A DNA stretch of 63,750 bases, the filler included, from Squatina squatina (taxonomy: Eukaryota), in the NCBI GenBank assembly GCA_031763465.1. It is 3 parts of 3 records of this genome, joined end to end, with 100 filler letters (N's around TTAATTAATTAA, not from the genome) between each part and the next. Parts side by side here need not be neighbours in the genome. Positions count along the whole stretch, not along the records: positions 1 to 31,297 come from JARFOE010000115.1; 2 more parts are not named here. One strand, 5' to 3'. The notes beneath the pieces were generated by a model, which saw only the letters and a list, made by a program, of their open reading frames with translations, had not been told where the DNA came from and did not search any database. Shown in pieces: positions 1 through 10,918 of the stretch. Numbering within the stretch: position 1 is the first letter of the stretch; every line of letters starts with the position of its first letter. The position numbers were made by a program, and so were the translations under genes.

Positions 1-125
1 AGTGATGTTTATTGTGGGGTAAGTATTGGTCAGATAACCGGGGAGAACTCCCTTGCTCTCCTATGAAATAGTGCCACGGGATCTTTCACGTCCACCTGAG
101 AGAGTAGACGGGGCCTCAGTTTAAT
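1..125 (-). mobile_element. DeuSINE (SacSINE1-like) fragment
   Basis: Reverse complement of the SINE body seen at 29374-29742 (tcaggtggacgt..aagagcaagggagttctccccgg..ccaatact). Confidence 0.75.
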
Positions 126-156
126 GTACCGTCTCTGCAGATTAATATGAAATAAA

Positions 157-480
157 TCAGTGTCGACGATGATAGGAGTAAACCACAGTGTCTCGGAATC
201 CAGTTAGCTCTTCTGAAGGGTTGGGTGCTTGGGGACAATTGGCAACTTGGGAAATTTGCATCAAAGGGCCCTGTGTGATCTGCAAATCTTTGAGTGATCT
301 GGCTTTGGTAAAGTTAGTTATGGAGGTAACCATATTGGAATGTGAAAGTGAGAGGCGCGAGACACAGACACCACATGATGTTTTCCTCGACCAGGACATC
401 AACAACTTCACGGCAGCAAGCCCAGAATGTTCTACGTTGCTAGTCTGGCCGTTGTTAACCCTGTCCACACCAGGACCTCT
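157..480 (-). other. Candidate terminal coding exon, unidentified protein
   Basis: Open frame RGPGVDRVNN...FRDTVVYSYHRRH* downstream of a pyrimidine-rich acceptor-like site (cttttatctgtgccttacaaag); non-repetitive. No family recognised. Confidence 0.3.
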
Positions 481-558
481 TTGTAAGGCACAGATAAAAG
501 AAGGCACTGGTATTCATCATACCTTTGAAAAATATCTCAAACTCCTATTATGTTTGGA

Positions 559-935
559 ATCATAGAATCATGGAGTAGTGCAGCACAGAAGGAGGCCATT
601 CGGTCCATCGAGTCTGTGCCAGCTATTTCGAAGAGCAAACCAGTTAGTCCCACTCCCCCGTTCTTTCCCCATATCGCTGCAATTCTTTCTCCTTCAAGTA
701 TTTATCCAGTTTCCTTTTGAAATCTACTATTGAATCTGTTTCCACCGCTCTTTCAGGCAGTACATTCCAAATCCTAAACACTCGTTGCGTAAAAACGGTT
801 TTCCTCATGTCGCCTTAAACCTGTGCCCTCTGGTTATTGACTCTTCAGCCACTGGAAACAGTTTCACTTTATTTACTCTACCTAAATCCTTCATGATTTT
901 AAACACCTTTTATCAATTCTCCTCTTAGCCTTGCT
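559..935 (-). mobile_element. CR1 LINE 3' fragment
   Basis: Begins with the (catagaat)n tail and gaaggaggccattcggtccatcgag, the reverse complement of a CR1 3' end. Confidence 0.8.
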
Positions 936-2402
936 ATTACACAAGCATTGGCAGCAGTTATNNNNNNNNNNNNNNNNNNNNNNNNNNNNNNNNNNNNNNN
1001 NNNNNNNNNNNNNNNNNNNNNNNNNNNNNNNNNNNNNNNNNNNNNNNNNNNNNNNNNNNNNATGTAGCTTTAAGCACAGGCTAATGGTCTCCATCAATAA
1101 CAACCAGCTGGTGCTGTCTGAAATCTTTACTGCAGGTCCCCTTGCACGACCTAGAGCAGCAGTCAGCACTTTGCAGTGTGCTCGGCGGTTGGGGAGAGAG
1201 CACTAATTAAAAACAGGGCCCTTTAAAACGGATTAAATTACGCATCTTTAGGTTACTGAGCTGCCAAACCAGTCGTAAACATTGTTCGTCTGTCAGAGCA
1301 GCCTTTTAGTGATTGACCCTTTCAGTTCATTTACCTCTGTCCTGTGGGTAACCCCAGCCGGTTTGAGGGGCATTTTTACTATGTTTCGCTAAACAGATGA
1401 GAAAAAAATAAATACCAAACTGGAAAGCGAAGAGCCTCGCTCAATAATAAGAGATCACAACAGAGATACACGAGCGCAGTACAAATACTTCCTTTTAGAT
1501 AGGAACCTCGCAGGCACCTGTTGTCCATCTCTATTTTTACTCCAGGAACTTCCATTAAAGTGCGTCGGGTGAAAATGATCCCCGGACTCCGTTGCGCCCC
1601 GTCGCTTGCTGTCTGCTGGTTCAGATGACACGCGATCAAATTACGTCTCCTGTAGCACTGCCCGACGCGATGCGCTGGCAGCATTTGAGCTGTGAATGGT
1701 ACCAATACCGACNNNNNNNNNNNNNNNNNNNNNNNNNNNNNNNNNNNNNNNNNNNNNNNNNNNNNNNNNNNNNNNNNNNNNNNNNNNNNNNNNNNNNNNN
1801 NNNNNNNNNNNNCCATCCATCCCGTGCAAATTTTCTCCTCGCCTCTCCTCTCCCAAAAGGCAATGCTAGGACATGGTTTCATTAGTGCGAGGCATGCTAT
1901 AGTAGCTCACCTTAAACGTTGGCAAGCTAGTTGCTCACGAGCACATTAGAACCAAATGCAACATCAATGGGTCTTCAACCGACATCTACAATTGTGCACT
2001 TTCAACCAGGGCCGGTAATGATCAGGGGTTGGAACCCTGGCTGATTTTATTTGCCCTTTCACCATCTTGGGACGGGGAGGGGGAGGCATGGTGGTGGGGG
2101 TTGCAGGATGGATTGGTGCCAACTGCACCACCCTTTACTGCCAGCTCACCTGAGACTGACTAACTCGCCATGGCATGCCAATCAATCCTGCCACCTTCCT
2201 CATTTGTGCCGCCCAGTTCTGCCCTACTCAGTGCATGAACTAGTTGAGCCATTGAGGGAATAGACAGAGCATTATTTTGCTACAGTCTAACAGCTCTGTA
2301 AAAGTGGAACAGTGCAGCTCTTGTGTTCCATTGGCACAACTCCAAGGAGTCACTGTTGAATTTTATTGAAGGTGACGCTCTTCAACATGTATGACACAAG
2401 CC

Positions 2403-2595
2403 AGCTTGGCTCAGTTGGTAGCACTCTTACCCCTGAGTCAGAAGATTGTGGGTACAAGTCCCACTGTTCCACTCTGGAACTACCTTCATTTCATGGACAA
2501 GAAGGCGGCCTACCACCACCTTCTCAAGGGAAGCCAGGGATGGGAAATAAAGGCTGACCTTGCCAGCGACGCCCACATCACAAAAATGAATAAAT
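2403..2595 (+). mobile_element. tRNA-derived SINE head joined to a CR1-type LINE 3' tail
   Basis: A-box tggctcagttgg and degenerate B-box ggtacaagtcc; the 3' part (ccaccaccttctcaaggg..gccagcgacgcccacatc..aatgaataaa) matches the tail at 36530-36610. Confidence 0.6.
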
Positions 2596-2837
2596 ATAGT
2601 TTAAAAATAACAGTCGCTGTAATTTCTTGACATTAAGCGCTGTGAGATGTTTCTGAGGGAGCTGATCAGGTTCTAACTAAATGAAAGTCTTTCATTCCTT
2701 TTCTTTTGCTACATCAGCAAATCTAAAAAAAAAATTGCTGTCAGTAATTCAGGCCTACACTCTCCCTGGGCAATTATTGTTTGGGCTGGACATCATAGAA
2801 ATACACATGAAGTATTTAATTCATTTATCACACATAC

Positions 2838-3120
2838 AAGCCCCGTACAGTGCGGGTGTCGAACAAGGAGCTTCTGTGTCAGGGTGGGCCAGCTGCCGGC
2901 AATACAGTGGACGAGCTTCATCAACAAGCCCCGTCTGCAGTCTAGTGCCTCCAATGACAGACCAACGTGGGCAGTCACAGACACGCTCCGTGTCTTTGAG
3001 AGCGGTGGAGTGATAGCGAGCAAACAGGGCGAGACGTCAATTTGAAAAGAGGTGAAGTCATAGAAGAGGTCAACTGGGAGAGTTGGCCATGATCCCAGCT
3101 CTGTGCAGGGAGCCGAGGCC
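2838..3120 (-). other. Candidate internal coding exon, unidentified protein
   Basis: Acceptor tttaacag| at 3121-3122 and donor CTT|gtatgt at 2837 bound a stop-free frame ASAPCTELGSWPTLPVDLFYDFTSFQ...HPHCTGL (94 codons). Confidence 0.3.
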
Positions 3121-3659
3121 CTGTTAAATATTTCTGCATGAACGCCATTAATTTTAATTCCTTAGGGTGCAGTTTTGCTGCAGCAACTGATCTCAACTCA
3201 GTAACTATAATATTCAGCAGGACCCTTGTGTACCTCGTCTGTTTTGTGGGATGTTTTTATTAAACAGTAAAGGTAATATATAAATGCAAGTTGTCAGTGT
3301 TGTTCAATGACTCAGGAACTCCTGGACAACTTCTTGAGGCCAAGGGGGAGCTAATTTCCAAGTGGTTAATAATGGCCAGTGATGACTGACTGCAAAGTAG
3401 TTGAAAGACTGTATGGATTATTACATCTGCTGACACATCACATGGTTCCTGTCTGTCCTTTCATCAGCAAACACAGCACTCGACAGTTGGACCGAATTGG
3501 CTGAGTGCACACCATTTATCTCGACGTGTTCCAGATGATTAATTATAAAATGTCCGCTCNNNNNNNNNNNNNNNNNNNNNNNNNNNNNNNNNNNNNNNNN
3601 NNNNNNNNNNNNNNNNNNNNNNNNNNNNNNNNNNNNNNNNNNNNNNNNNNNNNNNNNNN

Positions 3660-4178
3660 GGTTTATTTTAAATTCAAAAAAAAAATAAAAGGCTTTCTTC
3701 TTTTCAGTTTCGTGTAGAAGCAACAGTGCTATCACCGGTGAGGAGCTGTAGGTCAGACCCAGGACAAGCTTTATATTCTCAGTAACCCATTCCGCATTGC
3801 CAATTGGAAGGCCGTTTCGAAGCCTGAAAATGGGGCAATCCCTTCGCTGGAGTGAATATCCCAGTTGATTCCAGTATAGTTATTCGAAAGGCAATATCCA
3901 GCCAGCTGATTTTGCAAACGTTTTCCGGGCTGTGTAATCGATATCAATCAAGTCTCCCCAGCTGATTGCAGCAATTTAAAGGGATCAGCTTTTCTTATTT
4001 TTTGCTTTAAGTTCCCTCGATTGTTTCAGGCAGAAGGTAATCTTTTCAGCAGGGTTGGTTTATTTTTTTTTGTGTTAAGTTATAATTCTGTGTTCGTTAC
4101 AGTAAAATAGCAAGAGAGCACGCCAGGCTGATATACTGCGAAAAGTTTTTTTTTCTCTTTCTGTCTCTCTCTTTCTCT

Positions 4179-4219
<41 letters not shown>

Positions 4220-4455
4220 TCTCTTTCAGATCTAGGTGGGACTGAAGGGGAGGGGCGCGGGAGGGGGGAACAGGNNNNNNNNNNGCGGCGGAGGCGGTGG
4301 CGGCGGGGGGGGCGGGCGATTGTACTAAAGCCGAAGGGGTTGGATGTGCAGTTGTCGCAGTCTAGCTGGTAGCAAGCAAGGCAAAAAAGCAGACACTGCT
4401 CTAGAAGCTGTTCCAGGCAGCAGAGACTCCAGGAAAGGCACTTCTCAGTACCAAC
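3660..4455 (-). other. MBNL1: Muscleblind-like (MBNL1-like) long 5'UTR exon; the ATG and first coding part fall in the gap below 3660
   Basis: Acceptor tttctcctacag|GTTGGTACTGAGAAGTGCCTTTCCTG...GCTTCTAGAGCAGTGTCTGCTTTTTTGCCTTGCTTGCTACCAGCTAGACTG closely resembles the start of the human MBNL1 first coding exon as I recall it; further blocks TGCTGAAAAG..CTTCTGCC (~4030-4051) and AATTGGCA..GGGTTACTGAGA (~3778-3805) also match; adjacent to SUCNR1/AADAC as in human 3q25. Confidence 0.8.
4152..4226. repeat. (CT)n/(GA)n microsatellite inside the MBNL 5'UTR exon
   Basis: Direct inspection. Confidence 0.9.
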
Positions 4456-5020
4456 CTGTAGGAGAAACAGATACATCAACATTTTACCAACCAGTATTTA
4501 ACTCCCATCCCATAAAAAGAAACAAAAAAATAAATAAAACCCAAAAATGAAAAAGAAATTAAAAGAAGAAATTAAAAAAAAAACACCTTCCTGCATCAAG
4601 CTGGAAGTAACATGCAAAGGCAACAGTCTACCTGCGTATGTAGTGAAATCGGAAAAAAAAATACTTACAGTGCAGCATAATGCAGCCAGCCATTGTACAT
4701 TATTAAAAAAAAGGCCGTTTGTCCCCTTGTGAAGCAATGCATGATAGGGAGACACCCAATCAGGGAGAGTGTTGCAGCAATATTCTGGGCAGGGAGCCAA
4801 TAGTGGAGGCTGTCTCATGAAAGGCCGCGCCTGTCAGACATTCATTGCTATGCTATAAGCACAAAAAAACGCTCATCAGATGCGACTAATTCTGCTGCGT
4901 GAAGTCAAACCATGTGCTTTTTTTTTTGCGTCTTTTATGTTTACCCAACATGCAGTTAGTGGATTAATCCAGGCTAGCTTTTCACCAGCTTCCAGCAAGA
5001 GCCAAAGCGCCTGCAGAATC

Positions 5021-5530
5021 TCACACACACACACATATGCACACACTCACACCCATGCACCCACACACATTCACACACTCATGCTCACACATGACCTCAC
5101 ACACGCTTGCACACGCACACTCACACTCATGCACACACAGGCACCTTATGCATCCTTGCGCACTGATACACTTGCACGCACATGCACACGCCAACCTCAC
5201 ACACCCTTGCACACTGAGGCATTTGCACGCACATGCACGACCTCACACATGCTTGCCCACTGACATACTCGCACACACACACAGACACACACACGTGCAT
5301 GCACATACTCACACATGCTTGCACACTCCCTCACTCCCACACACATGCACTCACACACTTGCACGCTCCCACATGTTTACACAGTCCTATACTCACACAC
5401 ACACACACTCCCACGCTCACACACACGCACTCACACACTCGCACAAACACATTCACACACTCACACTCGCACACTCACACTCACACTCGCACACTTGCAC
5501 ACTCACACTCGCACACTTGCACACTCGCAT
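5021..5530. repeat. Degenerate (CA)n / (CACACT)n microsatellite
   Basis: Direct inspection; accounts for the His/Thr-rich ORFs. Confidence 0.95.
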
Positions 5531-5532
5531 AA

Positions 5533-5942
5533 TGGAATTTAGAAGAATGAGAGGGGATCTTATAGAAACGTATAAAATTCTAAAGGGATTGGACAGGCTA
5601 GATTCGGGAAGAATGTTCCCGATGTTGGGGAAGTCCAGAACCAGGGGTCACAGTTTGAGGATAAGGGGGAAGCCATTTAGGTGTAGATGTGGAAAAATCT
5701 TTTCACCCAGAGAGTGGTGAATCTGTGGAACTCTCTACCACAGTAAGCTGTTGAGGCCAGTTCATTAGCTATATTCATAAGGGAGTTAGATGTGGCCCTT
5801 ACGGCAAGGGGGATCAGGGGGTATGGAGAGAAAGCAGGTTCGGGGTACTGAGTGAAAGATCAGCAATGATCGTTTTAAATGGCGGTGCAGTCTCGAAGGG
5901 CCGAATGGCCTACTCCTGCACCTATTTTCTATGTTTCTATGA
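5533..5942 (+). mobile_element. CR1 LINE 3' end
   Basis: EFRRMRGDLIETYKILKGLDRLD...RTRGHSLRI C-terminal ORF2 motif, then gaatggcctactcctgc and (ttctatg)n tail. Confidence 0.92.
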
Positions 5943-6330
5943 TTCTAGAATTAACATGGATCATTTTTATAGTAAGACAGTCTTGGAGTGAACGTTATCG
6001 TAGGAAGTTGGAGAGGAAAACCGAATCAGCAGCACACTAACCGGGACTGGAGGAAGGTCGCTGGTTTTACACAGCAGAAGTGGAGGGACCAACACTCCCA
6101 CTGAACAATACGGGATAAAACCGGAAGCTTTGTCAATGATTGGAAAGCTGAACTTCACCGAGAATCCCATCAGTACAGGATTTTTACACAGTGAGAGTCT
6201 GTCAAGCTATTGGATTCCGTTTAAATTCCGGCAAAAGACTTGGCATTTGATACGGTAATGTGACTGGGGATTCATTGGTATATGAAGCTGGACCATACTT
6301 CACCTGTAATGCGTGATGCTGACATGTGCA
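5941..6330 (+). pseudogene. Decayed exon-like unit, copy 1 (unknown family)
   Basis: Homologous to 7872-8229 (+) and ~12858-13180 (-); starts gattctagaattaacATG; many in-frame stops. Confidence 0.4.
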
Positions 6331-6489
6331 GCAATTTCTGTCCTGTATTCTACCATGTTGTACGGGAGATGCTGAGCTTCATTAGCTCGTTTCAGAGGAG
6401 CTGTATGCTGCATTGGCCGTGCTTGACGAACGACTACACAGTGAGATTTAAACTTTATCTCACCCCTTCTACCTGCCCCAATAGTTATT

Positions 6490-7105
6490 GATGGGACTGT
6501 GCTTAGAGAGCTTCACTCTGTATCAAATCAGTGCTTGTACCTGACTTGTAAATGTTTGAAGGAGCAGTATAGAGGGAGATTTATTCTGTATCAAACGCGT
6601 GCTGTACCTTCCCTGTGAGAATTTGATGGCTTAGTATAGAGGGAGATTTAGTCTGTATCAAACCCGTGCTGTACATTCCCTGTGTTGTTTGACGGAGCAG
6701 TATAGAGGGAGATCTATTCTGTATCAAACCCGTGCTGTACCTGCCCTGCCAGTTTTTGATGGAGCAGTATGGAGGGAGATTTAGTCTGCATCAAACCCGT
6801 GTTGTACATTCCCTGTGAGTGGTTGATGGAGCACAATAGAGTGGGATTTACTCTGAATCAAACCCGTGCTGTACATTCCCTGTGTGTGTTTGACGGAGCA
6901 GTATAGAGGGAGATTTATTCTGTATCAAGCCGGTGCAATACCTGCTCTTGGAGTGTATGACGGAACTCTGTCGAATGACGTTTGCTCTATATATAACCCT
7001 ATGCTGGGAGTGTTCGATGGGACAGTGCAGACAAAGTTTTACTCAGGATCTACCCTGTGCTGTACCTGACCTGGGAGTGTTTGATCGGGCGATGTAGCCG
7101 GAGCT
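6490..7105 (+). repeat. 67-bp minisatellite array
   Basis: Tandem degenerate units of gtgctgtacctgccctgggagtgtttgatgggacagtgtagagggagctttactctgtatctaaccc. Confidence 0.92.
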
Positions 7106-7554
7106 TTACCGACTATTGTCCATGATAGCCCCTCTAGTTATTGGTCATATGGCGTCACCCAGTGATAGCCTTGATGATGCCGACAACGTGCCGTTGACGC
7201 TCCTTCCTGTTACAGGGAATAAATTGGTTTCAGGTCATAGAGGAGCTTGTTATATATTCATCCAAGCACCATTACCTCAAACTGCCTTTCATTGCCGAGG
7301 CGGGAGGGCGACGCACTGCTTGAGATTATGTGAGGGAGTCGTTGGTGTGCATAACTCAGCGCCATTGAATAGTGGGTCCTCCCATTGAGGGGATGTGAGC
7401 AGTATGAGTAAGGGCCAATTTGCGAGGCTGTGCTCCCTGCCTGGGGGCTCAGGTAATGGGAACTTGGACGGATCCAGCAATGAATGAACATGTGTTCATC
7501 CCCAGTGAGACTGTGCACCAGGAGCAGATCATGGTCATGTGACCCTTTGACACC

Positions 7555-7716
7555 TCGACTGGGCGGAGCTCGGCTGCTTTGTGACGTTGATACTGGCTGC
7601 TGTATGATTGGCTCCTGGCCCCTTTGTGATGTCACCTGGAGACAGGTTTCCGCCCCTGGTTACGCCCCATCAGTGGTTTGTTACTGTGGGCGGAGCGGGA
7701 GTTGGCAGCAGAGATT
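7555..7716 (+). promoter_or_regulatory. Pol II promoter-like element with short first exon and donor
   Basis: GC boxes (gggcggag at 7561 and ~7688, ccgccc ~7650), inverted CCAAT (gattgg ~7606), tgacgt, then gagatt|gtgagt donor and acceptor taacag| at 7871. Confidence 0.35.
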
Positions 7717-7871
7717 GTGAGTGAGTATCGACCCTATAAAGAGGGACAAGGAAAGAACAGAACAATTTAATTTTAATATAAGTAATTTAACCAAATGTCA
7801 ATAATTGTAAATATATTCAGATTAAATATATTCACTTTCGCAAAATTAGACCAATTGTTTTCGAGTAACAG

Positions 7872-8229
7872 ATTCTAGAATTAATATGAATCATTTCGAT
7901 GTTAAAAGATTCTTGGAGTGAGCATTTTCTCAGGAAGGTGGAGAGAGCAAAATCGAATCAGCACCACACTGGGATTAGAGAAAGGTCGAAGATTTCACAG
8001 AGCAGATCTGGCGAACGAAGACTCCCATTGAACAAGACAGGATAAAATAGGAAGCTCCATCAATGATTGGAAAGGCGAGGATCTCCGCTGAGAATTCCAT
8101 CAGCGATTGGCTGCCGTTTAAGTTATGGCAAAATAATCAGCATTTGATGCGGCAACTTGACTGGAGATTCACTGATATGTAAAGTTAGCCCACACCTCGC
8201 TTGGGAGTCCGTGATAGCTACATATACAG
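7872..8229 (+). pseudogene. Decayed exon-like unit, copy 2 (unknown family)
   Basis: Bounded by acceptor taacag| and donor TACAG|gtattt; ATG at 7886; frame MNHFDVKRFLE*AFSQEGGESK...DWLPFKLWQNNQHLMRQLDWRF with several stops. Confidence 0.45.
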
Positions 8230-8384
8230 GTATTTCTGTCCTGTCATACCATGCTGTACGTCAGATGGTCAGCTTCATTGGATAGTGTCAGAGGAGCAGC
8301 ACGCTGCTTGGGCCACCTGTTGCATTTGAATGCACTGTGCTTGATCAACAATTATACATTGAATTGTCATTGAATCTAACCCCA

Positions 8385-9095
8385 GTCTACCTGCCTGGGG
8401 AGATTTTGATGGGACAGTGTTGAGGGAGTTTTACTCTGTTTCAAACACGTGCTGTAACTGCCCTGGGAGTGTTGGATGGGACAGCGTAGAGGGAGATTTA
8501 CTAAGTTTCTAACCCGTGCTGTAACTGCCCTGGGAGTGCTGGATAGGACAGCGTAGAGGGAGCTTTATTCTGTTTCTAACGCGTGCTGTAACTTCCCTGG
8601 GAGTGTTGGATAGGACAGCGTGGAGGGAGCTTTACTCTGTTTCTAACCCGTGCTGTAACTGCCCTGGGAGCGTTGGATGGGACAGTGTAGAGTGAACTTT
8701 ACTCTGTATCTAACCCGTGCTGTAACTGCCCTGGGAGTGTTTGATGGGACAGTGTAGAGTGAGTTTTACTTTGTATCTAACCTGCGCTGTACCTGCTCGG
8801 GAATGTATGATGAGATTTGGTAGAGAGAACTTTACTCTCTATTTAACCCATACTGCCCCGAGCCTGGTTGAGTTTGGTCTGACGTTGCGTTCAGAGCTTT
8901 AGTCTGTATCCATCAAGTGCTGTAGCTGACAGGATAGGGTTTGATGTAACAGTGTAGAGGGAGATTTAGTCAGTTTCTTCCACGTGCTGAACATGATGTC
9001 GGAGTGTTGGATGGGACAGTATAAAGTGTGCTTCACATGGTATCTAACCTCTGATGTACTTGACCTGGGAGTGTTTGATGGGACAGTGTAGAGGT
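8385..9095 (+). repeat. 67-bp minisatellite array (best-preserved units)
   Basis: gtgctgta recurs at 8449, 8516 and so on, period 67. Confidence 0.95.
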
Positions 9096-9111
9096 ACTTC
9101 TAATTTGCATG

Positions 9112-10335
9112 TCATAGAGGCATAGAGTCATTCCAGCACAGGAGGCCATTCGAACCATCGAGTCCATGCTGGCTCTCTATAGAGCAACCAGTCAGTCCCA
9201 TTCCCCCGTTCTAACCCCGTAGTCCTGTAAGTGTATTTCCCTCAACTGCCTTTTCAATTTCCTTCAGAAATCTTTGATTGTTTCCGCTTTCACCACCCTC
9301 GTAGGCAGCGAGTTCCAGGTCATCACCACTCGCTGCATAAAAACGTTCCTCCTCACAGCCCCCCTGTAACTCTTCCCCAAAACTTTAAATCTCTGTCCCC
9401 CAGTCCTTGCACCATCAGCTAATAGGAGCAGCTTTTCTTTGTCTACCTGACCCAAACCTGCCATAATCTTGTACACCTCTATCAAATATCCCCAACCTTC
9501 TTTGCTCCAAGGAGAACAACCCCAGCTTCTCCAGCCTAATCTTGTAGCTAAAATTCCTCATCTCCAGAACCATTTGAGTAAATTTCCCCTGCACTTTCTT
9601 CATGACCTTCACATTCTTCCTGAAATGTGGTTACCAAAACTAGATGCAGTAATCCAGTGGTGGCCTAGCCAGAGCTTTATAAGGGTTCATCACAACTTCC
9701 CTGCTTTTGTACTCAATGCCTCTATTTATGAAGTTCAATATCCCATATGCTTTGCTAACTACTCCCTCAATATGTCGTGCCACCCTCAAAGATCTATGCA
9801 TATGAACCCCCAGGTTTCTTTGTCCCTGCACCCTCTTTAGAACTGTGCCTTCAAGACTCTATTGCCTCTCACGAACCCTTCTGACAAAATGCATCACCTC
9901 ACACTTTTCTGTATTAAATTCCATCTGGCACTTATCTACCCATTCTGCTAGCCTATCTATGTCCTGTTGCAGTCGATTAGTATCATCCTCACTGTTTGCC
10001 ACACCTCCAAGGTTGGTATCATCGGTAAATTGTGAAATTTTACTCTGTATTCGAATATCCGATCATTTTTATATACCAAAAAATGCAGTGGTTCTAGCAC
10101 TGACCCTTAGGTAACACCACTGCCAACCATCCTCCAGTTTAAAAATAGTTACAATAACTCGCTGTTTTCTATTATTAAGGACATTTTTTATCCAAGCTGC
10201 CACTGACCCTCCTTTTCCACGAGCCTCAATTTAGTTAACCAGCCTTTTAAGTGGTACTTTGTCAAACGCTTTCTTCAAATACATATAGACAACCTCCACT
10301 GCATTCCCTTCATCAACCTTCTTTGCTACTTCATC
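9112..10335 (-). mobile_element. CR1 LINE 3' portion (degenerate RT to tail)
   Basis: Minus-strand ORF2 motifs VVSKAYGILNFINRGIEYKSREV..YKALARPPLDYC, RLEKLGLFSLEQRRL, VVMTWNSLP; (catagag)n tail. Confidence 0.92.
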
Positions 10336-10339
10336 AATA

Positions 10340-10918
10340 AATGTATCTCGTACTGAACCTGACCTGCAAGTGTTTTATAGGACCATGCAGATGGAGCTTT
10401 AACTATTATTGCCATGGTTACCCCTGCAATTATTGTTCATCTCGTCCCACCCGTTGATTGACCCAATGATAGCCTCCTGCATCTCTGTGAGATGATGTGC
10501 TCCATTCGGTAGTTTCAGTGTATCTCTATGCTGCATTAGCCACATGATGTTCTGAATTCACTGTGCTTGATGAGTGACTATACTGTGTTATTTCTACTGT
10601 ATCCACCCCTGTCTACCTGCCCTGTAAGTGTTTGATGGAACATTGTTGAGGGAACTGTACTCTGTGTCTGACCTGTGATGTTCCTGACCAGACAGTGCTT
10701 TATGGGACAATGTTGAGGAAGCTTTCCTCTGTTTGTAACCCGTGCTGTACCTGCCCTTTCAGTGTTTGATGCAACAGTGTCGAGGTTGCTGTACTCTGTA
10801 TCTGACCAATGCCGATCCAGAAATGGGAGTGTTTTATGAGACCGTGTAGAGGGAACTTCATGCTGTACTTAGCCCGTGCTTTAACTGCCTTGAGAGTGCA
10901 TGATGGGACTTTGTACAG
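10340..10918 (+). repeat. Degenerate 67-bp minisatellite plus a partial further copy of the spacer found at 6365-6480
   Basis: Units such as cgtgctgtacctgccctttcagtgtttgatg; 10488-10620 aligns by eye with 6365-6480. Confidence 0.8.

Noticed and set aside
3421-3559. Minus frame ending ..HVMCQQM*, reminiscent of the MBNL1 C-terminus
   Set aside because: Only the last two residues match and there is no good acceptor.
5037-5720. His-rich 227-aa ORF
   Set aside because: Translation of a CA microsatellite running into a CR1 fragment.
5958-5973. GGATCATTTTTATAGT, similar to U3 snoRNA box A
   Set aside because: No box A' or other U3 boxes at the expected places; not retained in the paralogous copy at 7886.
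6490-9095. Regular repeats resembling a CRISPR array
   Set aside because: Whole units repeat with no unique spacers, no cas genes, vertebrate context.
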